Source: Epiperipatus broadwayi (lineage: Eukaryota > Animalia > Onychophora). Taken from it: 64,000 bases of DNA. Shown here in pieces: positions 1 to 14,215 of the stretch. The translations under genes and the position numbers were made by a program. Every line of letters starts with the position of its first letter. The first letter of the stretch is position 1. The notes beneath the pieces were generated by a model. It had not been told where the DNA came from and made no database searches. It saw only the letters and a program-made list of their open reading frames with translations. Location of the stretch: contig JAQFVV010000002.1 in assembly GCA_028023455.1 (NCBI GenBank), forward strand, positions 33,046,001 to 33,110,000. Direction: 5' to 3'.

Positions 1-839
1 AATAAGTAAAGAAAGATATCCACATGATAACAAAATTTTAATCACCCGGGTAATTAGTGTCCCATGGACTTATCTCAATCATTTCTTTTTCTCAGGTAAC
101 TGATGGATTCTGCTGCAATCGGAAAATGTACATAGTATTGTTAGAGAGAGAGATATAATGAAACATGCATAACCAAATAATTTAAAACAAAAACAAATAT
201 TTATTTTCCTCAAATAAACCACCACCCTTTATATACATGAATAAAAAAAATACAGTACAGATTATTAACCCCAGCATTATAATACGAGAAGAAAATTAAG
301 AATAATGTTGATTCAATTTAGATATGGAACTCCTCTACCTATTTTTATATAAATACCCGTGAATGAAGTGGTCTGAGTTTCTACCCATACACACACATAT
401 TAAGCATTATTTTATTTTATCTAATATCAAACTAGGTATACAGGTATGTGTCTACACATCCTTCACACTGCTTTACTAAACATTTTATAAGTGTGCATTT
501 GTATACAGATCAAACACACACAGAGACAAGAGCAAAATGCTATACTTTAAGTCAGTTTGAATTTCTTTTACTATATGCATATGTATGTTACAAGTTATAA
601 CAAATATAAAAAGAAAACACACACACGTATATGCATCCAAGCGTTTCTTAAAATTAAAGTGGGAGGATGGTTTAACATAGAACAATCCAACAATTTGTGG
701 ACAAACAACTCGATATACATGTAATGCAACAACATATATATCACTAAAATTTATCTTTGCTAAAACATATAGGCAATAATCAAATAAAATAATAAACAAA
801 TAAAAAGAAATTATATTATCCAGTGTTTTCAGACTTCTT

Positions 840-1380
840 CATCCAGACCTCTGGGCTTCTGAGTGCACTACTAAACTGGACAACAGGGCAGTGTGGACTT
901 CTCTTCCTTTCAGTAAGATGTAGGCATTTAGATGTCCATCTTCATCAGCTGGTGTTAATGGCTACATAGTGACAGCTTAGAAGAAGCTGGGCTGGTGCAA
1001 TGACCTGGGATTCTACTCCATATTTATTACACTGACTGTTCTAGACATTTTTTTTTTACCTTTCAGGTTTCTTTAATACTGTGTTAGCAGACTGCTAATT
1101 ATTTGTACAGGTTTTGCTGGACTTTCTTTTGAAGCCAGGCTCGGCTTTGTTCCCTTTTTACTTCTTTCTTGACTGTTGAACAATCAGTGTCTCTTTCTTA
1201 GATATGGCCTTAATACACTGGCCTCAGCAGCTTACAGCTAGCAAAAATCATTGATCAGATGGTTTTCCCAGACCTGTGGTTGAATATTTCATCAACATTA
1301 GGGACCAGCATGGCAGACTAAGAGAGCCCTGCACAGCAACCACAATATTTTAGCAATAAAGCAAGAGAACAGCCTCTTCA
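840..1380 (-). mobile_element. Highly degraded transposase-like remnant (possibly piggyBac C-terminus)
   Basis: GC-richer segment whose minus strand gives broken frames such as LHLTERKRSPHC, loosely like the piggyBac C-terminal Cys-rich region. Weak. Confidence 0.2.
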
Positions 1381-1497
1381 CTTTTCTCTTTTATATTGGA
1401 CTGTATCTTCTATCCATTTTCTCCCTATATTATTCTATTATATCCCTTCGGCACTTGGTTAACAGCTTATATAGCACACTCATTACAATACGAATTT

Positions 1498-1774
1498 ACT
1501 AAGGCTGTAACCTTTAGGAATAAACGTCTGAAAAATTCGAAGGTAGGGACCTCTACAGGTCTTAGCCACAAGCTTACGCTAGGAAGAAAAGAGGTCATTC
1601 ATATATATAAAAAAAGTAGGTTGAAGTAAAGAAGGTTTCCCTCTTTTCTTCCTAGCGTAAGCTTGTGGCTAAGACCTGTAGAGGTCTCTACCTTCGAATT
1701 TTTCAGACGCTTATTCCTAAAGGTTACAGTCTTAGTATACTTGATATAATAATGTGCGTTTAATAAAAATTTAT
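1498..1774. mobile_element. Fold-back (hairpin) repeat, family C, with 11-bp TSD
   Basis: Arms of about 110 bp (actaaggctgtaacc... / ...ggttacagtcttagt); direct repeat AATACGAATTT at 1487-1497 and 1775-1785; homologous to 41392-41802 and 57645-57862. Confidence 0.85.
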
Positions 1775-3176
1775 AATACGAATTTGAGTATTCCCCTGTT
1801 ACTATTGCATCAGCCAACTCTTACTTCATGGCTAATTGATTGGGACAATGCACATAGCTTTTTACACCTGAGTGTTTCTTATCGCTTATTTTAATCTTTA
1901 ATTTGTATCTTGGTTTTCACTCAGACCACCTTAATTGCTCAAGGAATTCCATTTACATCAATTATCCAAATTTTGACACAACGAAAAAGTTTTTTTTTCA
2001 CTTTTTCCTTACAAAAGATTAAAATTGGAAAAAACTAATCAAAAATAAAATCAGATTTTTTCTGCCGATATTGGCATTTAATTACTTTACATTTTTGGGG
2101 GGTTTTGAAAATAAATTACAAAGCATAGGATGACCATCCCAATTCATTAAGGAAATTAACATTTGGTCAAACAATCTCCTTTAACCGATAAACATAAAAA
2201 AATAGATGTGTTTGACCATTTTTTACTTATACCCTTTTTTTTTATATGTTCCAACACATAAACAACTTAATGAAGACGCAAATTAGAAAATTTGTGGTCA
2301 AAAATAAAAATACAAAAACACTACTTTTATACATAATATTGTAATTCACACATACAGATTATAAACCATAGCTTTTAATATTTAATTTATTCTAGTGTGT
2401 AAGTAAAATGTATGCTCAGACAATCGTCATCATTTTACAGTACATTTATATAGTCCGTACTTGACTTATTGTTATAATAGGGATAAAATATAGTTTAAAT
2501 TAATATACAATAACATTTTATATATATGCAATGCAGATTTAGCTACAGCCACTCCAAATAATTTGCATTTCGCCTCATATTTGTGTTTGATTTACCATAT
2601 ATTGCTTTCAATTGATGTATCTTTTACCATGGACTAGCTTTTGCCTTTTTTTTATTTATTACTAATTTTGTGCATGGACTGTTTTTTTTTTTGTTAATTA
2701 CATAGAATTCCTACCGTAAGCTTGTCAGGAATTTTATTTTAAATAATCCATTTTCAGGATCAAAGTATGTGTTTAAATTTTTTTCTCTCAAACATGTGTA
2801 TTTTATTAATGTTAAAAAAATATTTACAAATATATTCTAAATTGAATGCTAATTTTAAAAAATTCAAATACATTTTTTAATAAATTCCATTTGCATCACG
2901 TCCAAACATTAATGCATGGTGAACACTAAACATGTGGATAAACTGTGATTTTTTTAGTTTAGTATTGCTTTTTTGCCGTATCATTTTTCGAAATATGATT
3001 AAAGTTTGGAATCATCGATTGACAGAACAACATGCAGTGGAATATTTTCAAAATTACAGGATAGTGCCTACAGAAAAAGTGATGTCTGTCCACTGACATG
3101 AATAACGTTTGTTATAGTTTCGCTTAATCATGGTTTTTTTTTAAATTTTTCTTTATTGAATTTATATTAAAAAATT

Positions 3177-4240
3177 GGTAAAGGTTTACTTTAGCGACCA
3201 GAGCATATTCGCCATCTAGTTTTTAAAATTAGAACTAAAATATTCTAAAATCTTACGTATCTGCTCCTATATTACAATTACAGTAAATATTTATAATTAA
3301 GACGTAAAAGATAATAATAATAAAAAAAAGCATTTACCTTTTTAAGCATAATTATGCCCTATGCATATTAGGAAGTTGGAGAAAAAGGCGCAGTGTTATA
3401 TCTACCGTGGAAGGCAATTTCTTGGAGGTACGATGAAAATAAAGCTCTGCTGGTACCAGATTGGAATTTCAGCTTACGCTTCGCTCTCATCCACATATTC
3501 TGAGTATGTATGTCTTGGTCTTCGGGATTCACGAAGTTGCCCTGTTGGACGACAACTGAATGCATATATACCCCATTGCTGATCTGCTGATATTATTGTA
3601 TGCAGCCCAGCCATCTGAAATTATGTGAGTATGTGGTAAAATGTTCCGCTGGATTAGGGCCTCCAATGTGCCAGCCATTCTACCCACAACTTCTGTCAAG
3701 AAGCACTTCCTTGACATTCTTTCAATAACGCCAAAGACCCAATGCCCTCTACGTATAGTCCCCCTGTGGTATTTTCTGTGGAAATAATAAGTTTCGTCAA
3801 TTTCGATGACTAATGGCTCCCCAATGTCATCCATTCCGCCGAGAACCATCGGATTTGTGTCTAAATATTTGACACACTCTTCACGACAAAAATTAGCCCA
3901 GTCAGTGACTATTTTCTTGCTTACACCGATTTTTTTTTTTTTTATAATAAGTGCTATAAATCTAGGTAGTTTAAATTATTAAGTTATAAATGTACATAGT
4001 TTAAATTCTTAAGTTTCAAATAATTTAAACTAATTATTTTAATTAATCTAGTGTAATTATTTCAATTTCTTTAAAATGGTAAATATTTTTTTTATTATCT
4101 TTTACATTTTAATAAATTTTAATGTAATTGTAATATAGTAGCATATATGTAAGATTTTCGTATAATAATTTACTTCTAATTTTGAAAACTAGAGGGTGAA
4201 TATGATTTTTATCTTGTGGTCGCTAAAGTAAACCTTTACC
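3177..4240 (-). mobile_element. Merlin-superfamily (IS1595/ISXO2-like DDE) DNA transposon, internally deleted
   Basis: Perfect 24-bp TIR GGTAAAGGTTTACTTTAGCGACCA at both ends and 8-bp TSD AAAAAATT (3169-3176, 4241-4248). Minus ORFs 3529-3849 (VIEIDET..HRKYHRG..WVFGVIER..IISDGWAAY) and 3368-3565 (HTQNMWMRAKRKLK..SYLQE) are ISXO2-like transposase motifs split by a frameshift. Confidence 0.92.
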
Positions 4241-5524
4241 AAAAAATTTGTTAATTACAACCCTTTGGATTTTTGTGTTTTTTAATCATTTTAATAAGTA
4301 AGTAAAAAGTAAATATTAAATACGTTAACTTAGAGGCAGCCATATTGTTTATATCAAGTGTTGGAAGCCCCTAAAAAATTGATTATTTAAAATAAAATTC
4401 CTGGTAATTTTTCAGAAGAGATTCTACAGAAGTAATTTTTTTTTATTATTTAATACATATTTTCGTGGCAAAATATATTATTTACTCAATCTTAATTAAT
4501 ATACATTTATAGTTTTAAATTCAAGAATAAATGCAGACGTTTCTTATAGATTTGCATTTCTACATACATTTTGTCCTTAATGTTTTGTTGTTGTTTTTTG
4601 TTCAATAGTTTACTTTTTTTTTTTTGGTAAATAAATATTATTTGTATTGCAAAATATTTTATATTGTTGATTTTATTTTAATCAGTTTTTTCTTTCCTTC
4701 AATCCTAAGTATTAAGTATTATGTTGCTATAAGCCATATATTATAGTATCAAAAATTTGTTTATTTATTTTGGAAATAATGATGTGTAATGTTGATTTGA
4801 AAACGAAAAAACTATAAATTATGTAAATCTTGAAAGTTTTATTTATTTATTTTTCAAAATTTGAAAATTTACATCTTTCCTTCATTACTGTAATTCTTAT
4901 TCCAATATTAAGCACTTACTTTATTTGATAGTTCCTAATAACATGAGATTTTAGACAAAAGTTTAAGTTACTTACCCATAAACTATCATTACTTGGAAGT
5001 TTATTTATTGCTGTTACACTTTTTTATATTATTTTTTATATAACGTAGATTTAAAATATATAAGATAAGATAGAAACAGAAAAAATAAATGTAATGGATA
5101 TATAGAAAAAATATTTATCCAAATATATAAGTTTATAAAACATACAAATATTAAGAAAATATTAGTCAATAATTTGTTTAAAAATACATATATACAAGCA
5201 ACAAAGATTACAAATTGTAAAATTATCATAGAAAAGCCTTTTTCGGCAAATTGTGTTTTTTGCCCTTTTCAATAAATCTCCAGAATGCCATGATTTAAAG
5301 TACATACAGCGACATCTATATCAATACATGAGAGAAGACAGATAAACAAATGGATATCCCACACGATCTATTACGTGATTTTTTTTTCCCCAATCCTACT
5401 ACAAAATTACCCTGTTATATATATTGAATGGATATATATCCACATATATTAATTAATTAACTATCCATTCTTTATCCATTAACCACTTATTATTCAACTT
5501 AATGGATGTATATATATATTGAAA

Positions 5525-7141
5525 AAGTTGGCATTATTACTAAAAAGAGAGATGACATCATAAAATATGTAGAAGATTTCTATCAAGAATTATATAGTAG
5601 TAAAGAACAAGTGCCTCCTATACCAATTATATCTTCCAAATTGCCCAGAATTTTGAAGGTGGAAGTGAGACATGCAATTAAATGTATGAAGAAAGGAAAG
5701 GCTCCAGGTAATGATGGAATTATAATTGATATATTAAAAAAGGCAGGTGAAGAAATAGAAATTTTTTTAGCAAAATTATATACCAAATGTCTAAATGATA
5801 AAGATGTACCAGATGATTGGAAGAATGCAGTATTAATATTAATATTTAAAAAAGGCGATTAAGATATTAGAAATTACAGACCTATCAGTCTTTTATCAGT
5901 TTTATACAAAAAATTTACCAAGATAATTACAACTTGTCTATAGAAAACACTGGATTTCCATCAACCAAGAGAACAAGCTGAACGTAAAAGTGGTTTTAGT
6001 TCAGTAGATCATATCCAGGTATTGAGAGAAGTTATAGAAAGAACAAGTGAATATGAGTTGCCATTATGTCTTGGATTTGTAGATTATGAAAAGGCATTTG
6101 ATTCTATAAACATTTCTTCAGTGATTAAAGCATTGGATCATCAAGGTGTAGATCCAGGATATTGTCAGATTTTGAATAATATTTATAAAAATGCAACAGC
6201 AACATGATTGGATTACATAATGATACTAGGAAAGACAATATTTAGAAGGATGTAAGACAGGGTGACTCCATATCTCCAAAACTTTTTACAGCAGTGCTGC
6301 AAGAAGTATTTTGTGGATTAAAATGGGAAGCTAAAGGAGTGAAAGTAAATGGAGATTATTTAAATCATTTAGATTTTGCAGATGATGTAGTTGTTTTTGC
6401 AAATAATGCTTTAGAGTTTTAGGAAATATTGCAGGAGTTATCAGAGGAAAGTAGGACTAAAGATAAATGTTAAAAAAAACTAAAGTAATGTTTAATAGAT
6501 TTTCTCAAAATATGAAAATAAAGATTGATTGTGCTGAGTTAGAAGTTAACAGTTATAAATACCTTGGTCAAATTATTAATACAGATGGAAACATAATGAA
6601 TGAAATTAATCATAGAATTAAACTTAGTTGGAGTGCTTTTGGTAGAAATAACTTGATACTGTAAGGAAATATGCCTGTGTTTGAAAGGGAAGGTTTTTAA
6701 TAAATGTGTTTTGCCAGTTCTTACTTATGGATCTGAGACTTGGACCCTTAATAGAAGAGCAATATAGAGACTTCAGATCACTCAAAGAAGTATGGAGAGA
6801 TGTATGTTGGGAGTAACAAAAAGAGATCAAAAACACAATGTATGGGTAAGAGAACAAACAGGTGTTACTGACCTCATTGAAAAAATTAAAAGACTGAAGT
6901 GGAGTTGGGCTGGACATATTGTTAGAAGAGATGATAATAGATGGACAATTGAAATTTTAAACTGAATTCCAAGAGATTGTAAAAGATCCAGAAAGAGACC
7001 ACATGTGAGATGGATGGATGAAATAAGAACGTGGGCAGGGGTGATGTGGAGAAGAGAAGCTAAAGATAGGAAAAGATGGATTGAACTTGGAGAGACCTTC
7101 ATCCTGCAATGGATTGATAATGGTTAATGATGATGATGATG
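5525..7141 (+). mobile_element. RTE-clade LINE, 5'-truncated, RT pseudogene
   Basis: [55 protein letters not shown] and FADD motifs with stops/frameshifts; (GAT)n tail at about 7127-7143; 9-bp TSD ATATTGAAA (5516-5524, 7142-7150). Confidence 0.93.
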
Positions 7142-8299
7142 ATATTGAAATTTAAAATTGCATTAATGAAAGGAAATAAATAATTTGAATAATCGTATAA
7201 TACAACTTTTTTTTTTACCGATAATTTTTTTTGATTCAATATGATTAAAGACATTTAATATATTTATTTTATTTATACTGGCCTGCACGTTTTAATGCAG
7301 TGGTCAAGGGTCAGATTTAGGAGCATATGGACCTCAGATCGACTCCATTTGCGGAACTTTGGGCAGTTGACTTTTTTGTGAATTCACAAGCAAAAAATCC
7401 GTTTGATTATTTTTTTTATTTACATGGACATTGCAAAATAAAACAAAAAGATAAATCTAAACAAGAATAAAATATCACTAAGTAAAATACAATCATGTGA
7501 TTGGTGAGAATTTAAAATTGCAAATAAATTATAGTAAATCTTTATAAACTAATATGTGGTATGTTAGAAAATTTATAAAAGATAAAAATATGTACAACAT
7601 TTGTTATGTATGCACATATCTACATGTTCAAGGGGAGCAGATTTCAAAATACAGGTAGCCCCGTACTTTCATACCTTCTAGTTTTATACAGTTCGCTATT
7701 TTGTGCAATAGAAAAAACACTGCATGTCATAGAAACTTTTTATCAAGAAACGAAAACAAAGAGTACAATTCGACTATCTCTTGATAAATGTACAAAGAAA
7801 ACACCAGATACTAATCAATAAAGTGTTATTTATATATATGCTAATATAACTCAATAAAAAATAGATATTTTAAAAACACTTTTTTTTTACAATACCTCAG
7901 GAACCAATTAAGTTCGAGGACTATCTCTAATTGCAGAAGTCAAGTAACACGTATCTAGAAAAATATTAATTGATCATAATCATTCATATTATATTCAGTT
8001 TGGTTTTCTGGAAGACTTATTGAATTAAAATTGTTTTTTTTATTATTTATCTTCTTATTTCAAAAAGATATGTGTTTCACCTTATGTGTTTCAATTTTGT
8101 CTTTAAAAAAAATTGCTTTATGTATTTTTAATCTTTCAAAAAAACTGAAATGAGAAATAGTAATGTTAAAAAAATGAAAATGTATATAAAGATTGTTTAG
8201 ATAATGACATCAGTATGTATGTAAAAGCTATATATAGAATAAAATTAAATTCCTGGGTTATTATTCTTAAATAAAAAATTGGTTTCCAATTATAATAGA

Positions 8300-9100
8300 C
8301 ACTATTTAATTATGGAAGCAATACTATTGAACATCTCTGGAATCATTCATAATGTTATCTTTTTAATCCTTCATCAGTATAATAGGCAAACCAGATTATT
8401 GGATAAGAAAATGGTGAATATAAATTTGAGGAATTATTCAAAGTGAGGTTTTCCAATTAGCTAATGGTTGCGGAAAATTAAAAGGAAAAAAACTACTAAT
8501 AGTGAGAATAAAGGATATTCTCATAATAACATTAATAACTAAAGTAATATGGTGACCTCTAATAATTGTTCTTAGGAAAAATTAAACCCATGCCTTCTAC
8601 CAGTTATCACAAAATTCCACCAGTATTAAATTACCAAAATAGCAGGAAAAGTATCTTTAATATATTTGTCTAATTAAATAATTACAGGAAGGAATTATTT
8701 ACTTTTTTTCAATGCTGGAGATATATAATGTTTATCTTAGTACATTCATACTGAGGGTTCCAATTTCCTTTATCACTAAAAGGTTTTCCCTAAGTAGTAT
8801 GCTTATTAATTGAATGAAAATAAATATGAAAAAGGTAATTGATATTGGAAAAGTCAAAGATCTATCGTGGGTCCAAAGAATAAAATTATATCTGAAAAAC
8901 ATTACGTCAATTCTAGAGGTAAATGTATTTTCTTGGAATACCATTGAACATACTCGTAGGTTTGAATTCAAAATCAAACAAGCTTTTAACATAAGTTTGA
9001 ATCATGGAAGAAGTGTGCAGATACATCATCTCATATTACTTTTGAACATTGCATTGATAAGTCTATCGCCTGTAGTTAGTTAAGCAAATAGGAATTATAT
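8300..9100 (+). mobile_element. Degraded L1/Tx1-like RT-downstream fragment (tentative)
   Basis: Broken frames KLKGKKLL..IITLITKVIW and IDIGKVKDLSWVQRIKL resemble the L1/Tx1 region following RT. Weak. Confidence 0.25.
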
Positions 9101-11426
9101 ACCTTATGTCTAAAAATCTATTGTGTTTCAATTGGTATCCATAGTAATTTTAAAAAACAACAATAATATTTTAGATTGGAAATTATCTCTGAAACTGTTA
9201 AAATAAACATGGTACTGATGATAAGTGAGACCAGGTAAAAGCAATTCTTTTCATTCTATCTCAAAACCATCACGATACTAGATGATAGTGCCTTTAAATC
9301 CACATTCCTTGACTAGTTGCTGGTTTACATTCTTCATTGAAGAGCTTGGACTTTTTGTGCTCCTAGTTAGATCCAGACTTCTTTCTGATAAAGGTTGTAC
9401 ATGGGGATATAAATGAGATAACCCACTTGGGAGTTTATAAGATGTTTGAGCCCAGAAGTATCTGAATTCGAATCGATCACTCTTCAGAATCTCATGCAAG
9501 CATAACATTGGATGTGTACTGCATCTAATATCTTTATCATATTCCAAGACTATCTATTCTAAAGCTTGAATAATCAACAGATATTAGATAGTATTAGATG
9601 TGTGCTATCACCAAATATCCATTGATTAAATGTCTCAGAGTAGAATGAAATTAATAGCTCTCTACCATAGGCACCAGAAATAATCATGTGATGCTTTTTT
9701 AATTTTAAGATCAATTAAAGTAAAACTATTTTTAGAATGATATGCAGATTAAATAGACTTCATCTATTATCACTGAAATTGTGTACATCTCTTATGAAAT
9801 CAACATCTAGATCAACCAAAGGGTCTATCATCAACAAATTAACTCATTGAAGGGAATGTGTTTCAGGGATACTTGAAAATAAATGTTAGATGTCAGTTAG
9901 TGAAATGCAAAGTAAAGGAAGAAAAAGATAAAAATGTAAGATGATAATAAATTTATAAGCAAATAAAACTTTTTTATATACATCTAATTATTATAGGCTT
10001 GAATTCTTAAACAAATATGCACAAATTTATTAACTTCCATTCCAAATGAAATTTAAAAATACTACCAACCCTAATATCTTCATGAAACTGCCATCTTCTA
10101 TGCATACTTACTAATGGGCTGGTCAAAAGTGAAGTATTTTTTATAAGATTTGTCATTAGTTTGCTCTCTTCCCCTAGCATCTAAATAACCTCCTGTATTT
10201 TAAAGGCTTGTTCTGCAGAGAAATAATGAAGAAAATAAATTCTTGATTTATTTGTTCACTAAAAAAAAAGTTAAGTACCCATTTACTGACCAATAATGAG
10301 ATGGTTATATTGGATTGACTATCTGGAAAAAAATCTAGAGTTTATTTGTAAATCTTAGCTGTTTTAAAAAATCTTCAAAGTTTCACTCATATTTGAATTC
10401 CAGGTTATATGATGAAAGGCGTATTAACCACCAGGTTCTTTGCATATATATATTAGCAATGTTTTATTACCCTATATATGTAGTTATCTGAATATATTTA
10501 TAATGACTATATTTTTTTAAAAATATTTGCTGTGACTTAATGGGAATCTATTATTTACTTCGTAAATGTTACTTCATCGTTAGTGTCAAACTGATTGGGG
10601 GGGGGGGCATATGACTTTACTGTTCGGGAGTTTATAAGAAGTTCGAAGACTAGTCCCAAGTTGGACGCTCTCCAACTGCGCAGAGCTGTCAAACTGATGA
10701 CGTTTCAGAAACATCATTTTATTGACGTAAATTTCAATTACTAAAAAGTCTTCCGTAGTTTTTTTCTCGTTACATTAAGAGGGAAAATAAACAATTTATT
10801 TGATTAAAAGAACTTATTGCTCTGTTGTTATACGGCGGTTGAGTATTTCGGGTTAATTTATAATTACGAAAAAAATAGATTCAAACTATTAATTTGTAAA
10901 TTACTCATAAATGAATATATCTTTTTTTTTGATAGATGATTGAGTTTCCATTATTATTTAATACTTAGTGTTTTATTAATATTTGAAATGTATTTTATTT
11001 ATCTTCTCCATATGTGTTCTTGTATTTAGTCTGATTAAAAGCCCGAATTAGAGACAATTTGATTTACGCTTATGCGTAATTTATTTCGTGATTTATTTAC
11101 ATATATTTAAAAATCGTATGTCATTATAATCTATTTCTTTTACCGAATATAAAAAGTTTAACATGTATTTTAGGCTCCTGTCTGCCTTAGTAAAAATAAA
11201 AGTTATTATAAATATGTATTAATTTTAGAATTATTATTTTAAATTTGTAAATGAACAATAAAGTATTAATTATTTAATTTATGAAATAATCATTTTGTAC
11301 CATGTTCGAAAACATGTTTTATTAAATTATTTGTTTTATTAATATTTAAATATTTGTATTTTTTCTTGTCAATTTTATTTACTATTTGAATTGTATAATG
11401 TCGTGTGATAATCAGACTTTAAGTTT

Positions 11427-11533
11427 GTTTGTTTGTTTGTTTTTTCATATGTCAAATGCGTTAACCGGGAAGCGAACCCGGGCCGGCTGCTTGGAAGGCA
11501 GCTATGCTAACAGCTAGGCTACCAACGCTCGAC
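11427..11533 (-). mobile_element. tRNA-Gly(TCC)-derived SINE-like retrocopy (short class)
   Basis: 72-nt body 11457-11528 (GCGTTGG...GCTGCCTTCCAAGCAGC...CCGGGTTCGCTTCCCGG..AACGCA) closely resembles metazoan tRNA-Gly-TCC. It has leader GTCGA, trailer TTTGACATATG, an A-rich tail and a 16-bp TSD (11411-11426 / 11534-11549, one mismatch). Confidence 0.85.
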
Positions 11534-12691
11534 ATCAGACATTAAGTTTTGACTTTGAAGTTGTTGAATAACTAATTACCATCATTTATAAAAAGCTAGC
11601 ATTCTGGAAAAGTGGTTTGAATTAGATAGATTAATTATATGTTGCTCATGACCCTATAATTTAGGTCATATGTAGCATTTATGTGATATTTCCAATACTG
11701 TAGTAAATTAAAACTATAATTGTTGCTTTACTTTAAAGATGAATAGTAGAGGAAATACTATGATTTAACCTTTACAAAATGTAAGAAGGTGGGTGTATTT
11801 GTTATTTAGACATATAAAACCATAGTTAAATTAAGTCATCATCATTTATATGTTTCAGCAGGGCAGCTTATTGCATTACCTAGAAAAATTAATAATGTAC
11901 ATTTCAAATTAATTCTGATATTTATTGCTATAATTACCAAGTAAGATATCATAAGATGCCCCCCCCCCCATCCTCTTAGCATCTGAAATAAAATCGGCAA
12001 TTCATTCTATCACTGTTTTAGGGTGTAGTTTTTGAAAGCATGAATGGCGTTATTATCTGGACATCAAATTCCCAATTAGTTTTATTAATAATAAGAAGTA
12101 TTGGATACATATCCAATAGTTTGTTTATAATATGCCATTCTTTTTCAAGAGGATCAAATGTATCTACACTTAATTTATGAATATGTATGTGTATGATGGA
12201 GGTGACAAATTTATAGTTACTAATCTAATGTCTGATCTATATAGCTATACAAGTTGGTTTGGATTGAAAGCCATAAGCTTGAATAATGTATATAAAGACA
12301 AAAGATGGCTGCTGGTTGCATTTTACAATCCACTACTTCTTATGAATAAAGATCAATTAATCTAGATAATAAGTTGATACTCTTATTACTGCTATTTCTA
12401 TTGTGCATGAAGATTTTTATGAACTTGAATATGTAGTATTTATTTGTTTTGAGAAAGCAAACATCAATATGGCGTTGTTCTTATTGGAATATAATAAAAA
12501 GAACGTCAAATCATTCACCTAGTTCATAGTAATCTTCTGCATATTACTGACAAAGTCTGATCTGGAGGTCTAATTGGATATAGTTGTAGAATAGATAGTT
12601 ACAATTAATGTCAATATTCTGTTTGAATTCAAGTCATCTCATTTGTTCAAATATGAAGTTGTGAACCAGTTCACTCTGAACTAAATATTTT

Positions 12692-13293
12692 AATACAATC
12701 ATATTTTTTCTTTAAACTTTATTGCAAATTTTTATGTATAATGTTGTTTCAACTGTCTTGCTGCAGTCTTTTTCAGAGCAATAATAGATAATATAAAACA
12801 AATAAATAATAAGACAAATCAATGGAATACATAAAGTAATGAAGAATAAAGCAGAACAAAATATAGATTAGGTTAAAATACAAAAAAATATAAACAAAAT
12901 AAATAAAACCAACAAAAAATAAAATAATATAAAACATCAGTATTAATTAAGATATAAAATATATACAAAATATGTATAAGGTGAAGCAATTGCATACATT
13001 AGCTGAAATCCTACTATAATTAAATAAATGGAATATATATGTATGTTCCTGTTTATATATATATTTATACTCAATAAATTATATGTATTTAATATTGTTT
13101 ATATTTTTGTGTATTTTAATTTTATCTATATTTTGTTTTGTTTTATTCTTCCTGTTGTTTTGTCTTATTAAATTATTTGTTTCATTTTATTTTATTAATA
13201 CTAGTTCTGAAGAAGACTGTAGGACAGTCAAAACATCAGTTTATATATAAAAGTTTGCAATGAAGTGTTTTTAAAAAGGAGTATGATTGTATT
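12692..13293. mobile_element. Head-to-head inverted pair of Penelope-like terminal repeats with decayed hammerhead cores
   Basis: Arms are reverse-complementary (aatacaatcata... / ...gtatgattgtatt). Plus strand 13207-13237 reads CTGAAGA-A-GACTG-taggacagtc-AAAAC-ATC; minus strand 12743-12776 reads CTGAAAA-A-GACTG-cagcaaga-CAGTT-GAAAC. Confidence 0.7.
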
Positions 13294-13828
13294 TATATAA
13301 AATAATATAGCAAAATAATGAAATAGAAAGGATTTCATGACATTTATATGTTTTAGTGTTCTTATTTATAAGCTTCTTGAGATATTTTTGGCTTACAATT
13401 TAATACAAAACAATACTAGTGGTTTTTATAGTTGTAAAATAACTGTCAATGAAATCTAGCAAGAAACATGTAGGATTCATTTCTTAAAAATTTTAACCAT
13501 TTTTTTTTTGTAGTTATATTAAAATTATTTCAATTATGGTTGAATTTAAAAGATCATGACATTTTAATTTCACAAATTTTTTTTTAAACCTTTGGCAGGA
13601 AGGAACTAATCAAACACCAGCTGTTCTTGATATCCATTTAGATTTTTACTAAACAGACTTCTTATGAACGCTTGATTTTTTGAAAAACAAAAATTAGATG
13701 TAATCAAAGTATGTGGAATTGTTATTATGAAATTTTATTTCTAATGAAACTGTTTTTCTTTTAATCATTTCAAATAAAATTGCAAATGCTAATGACATTT
13801 TAGAAATTATATTTCTTTTTATTATAAA

Positions 13829-14215
13829 TGTAATATAGGGTATATGAGCACAGACTTTCACATGACCCACCACTCTCCACTCTATCTAATAACACTGATA
13901 CACTCAAGCACATATATGCTGAAAAGATAAATAATCACCAATATACGTATTTCATGCTAAACCAGCAATCATCAGTTGGTCCAGATTATCATCTCCCACA
14001 CATATATACTATAAGTGCTCAGATATTTATTAAGATAGACAATCTTCATACTTTAATGGACTGGCTCCAATCTACTACACACTCCAACTCTTCAACCGTC
14101 CATCCAATTGAAAATCTGATGATGGAATGCTCGAAGGCCACCCTAAGGCCGAGATTCTTGTCACACCCAAAAGTAAAATACTGTGAGAATTGTAACTCTT
14201 TTACTTATAAAAGAA
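13829..14215 (+). repeat. Dispersed LTR- or pLTR-like repeat, family D
   Basis: Starts TGTAATATAGGG; homologous copies at 37306-37605, about 39093-39132 (stub) and 62235-62627 (fold-back). Confidence 0.75.

Noticed and set aside
10688-10720. CTGATGA...GAAAC as a hammerhead
   Set aside because: No helix II can form between the core segments; it is better explained as an imperfect palindrome.
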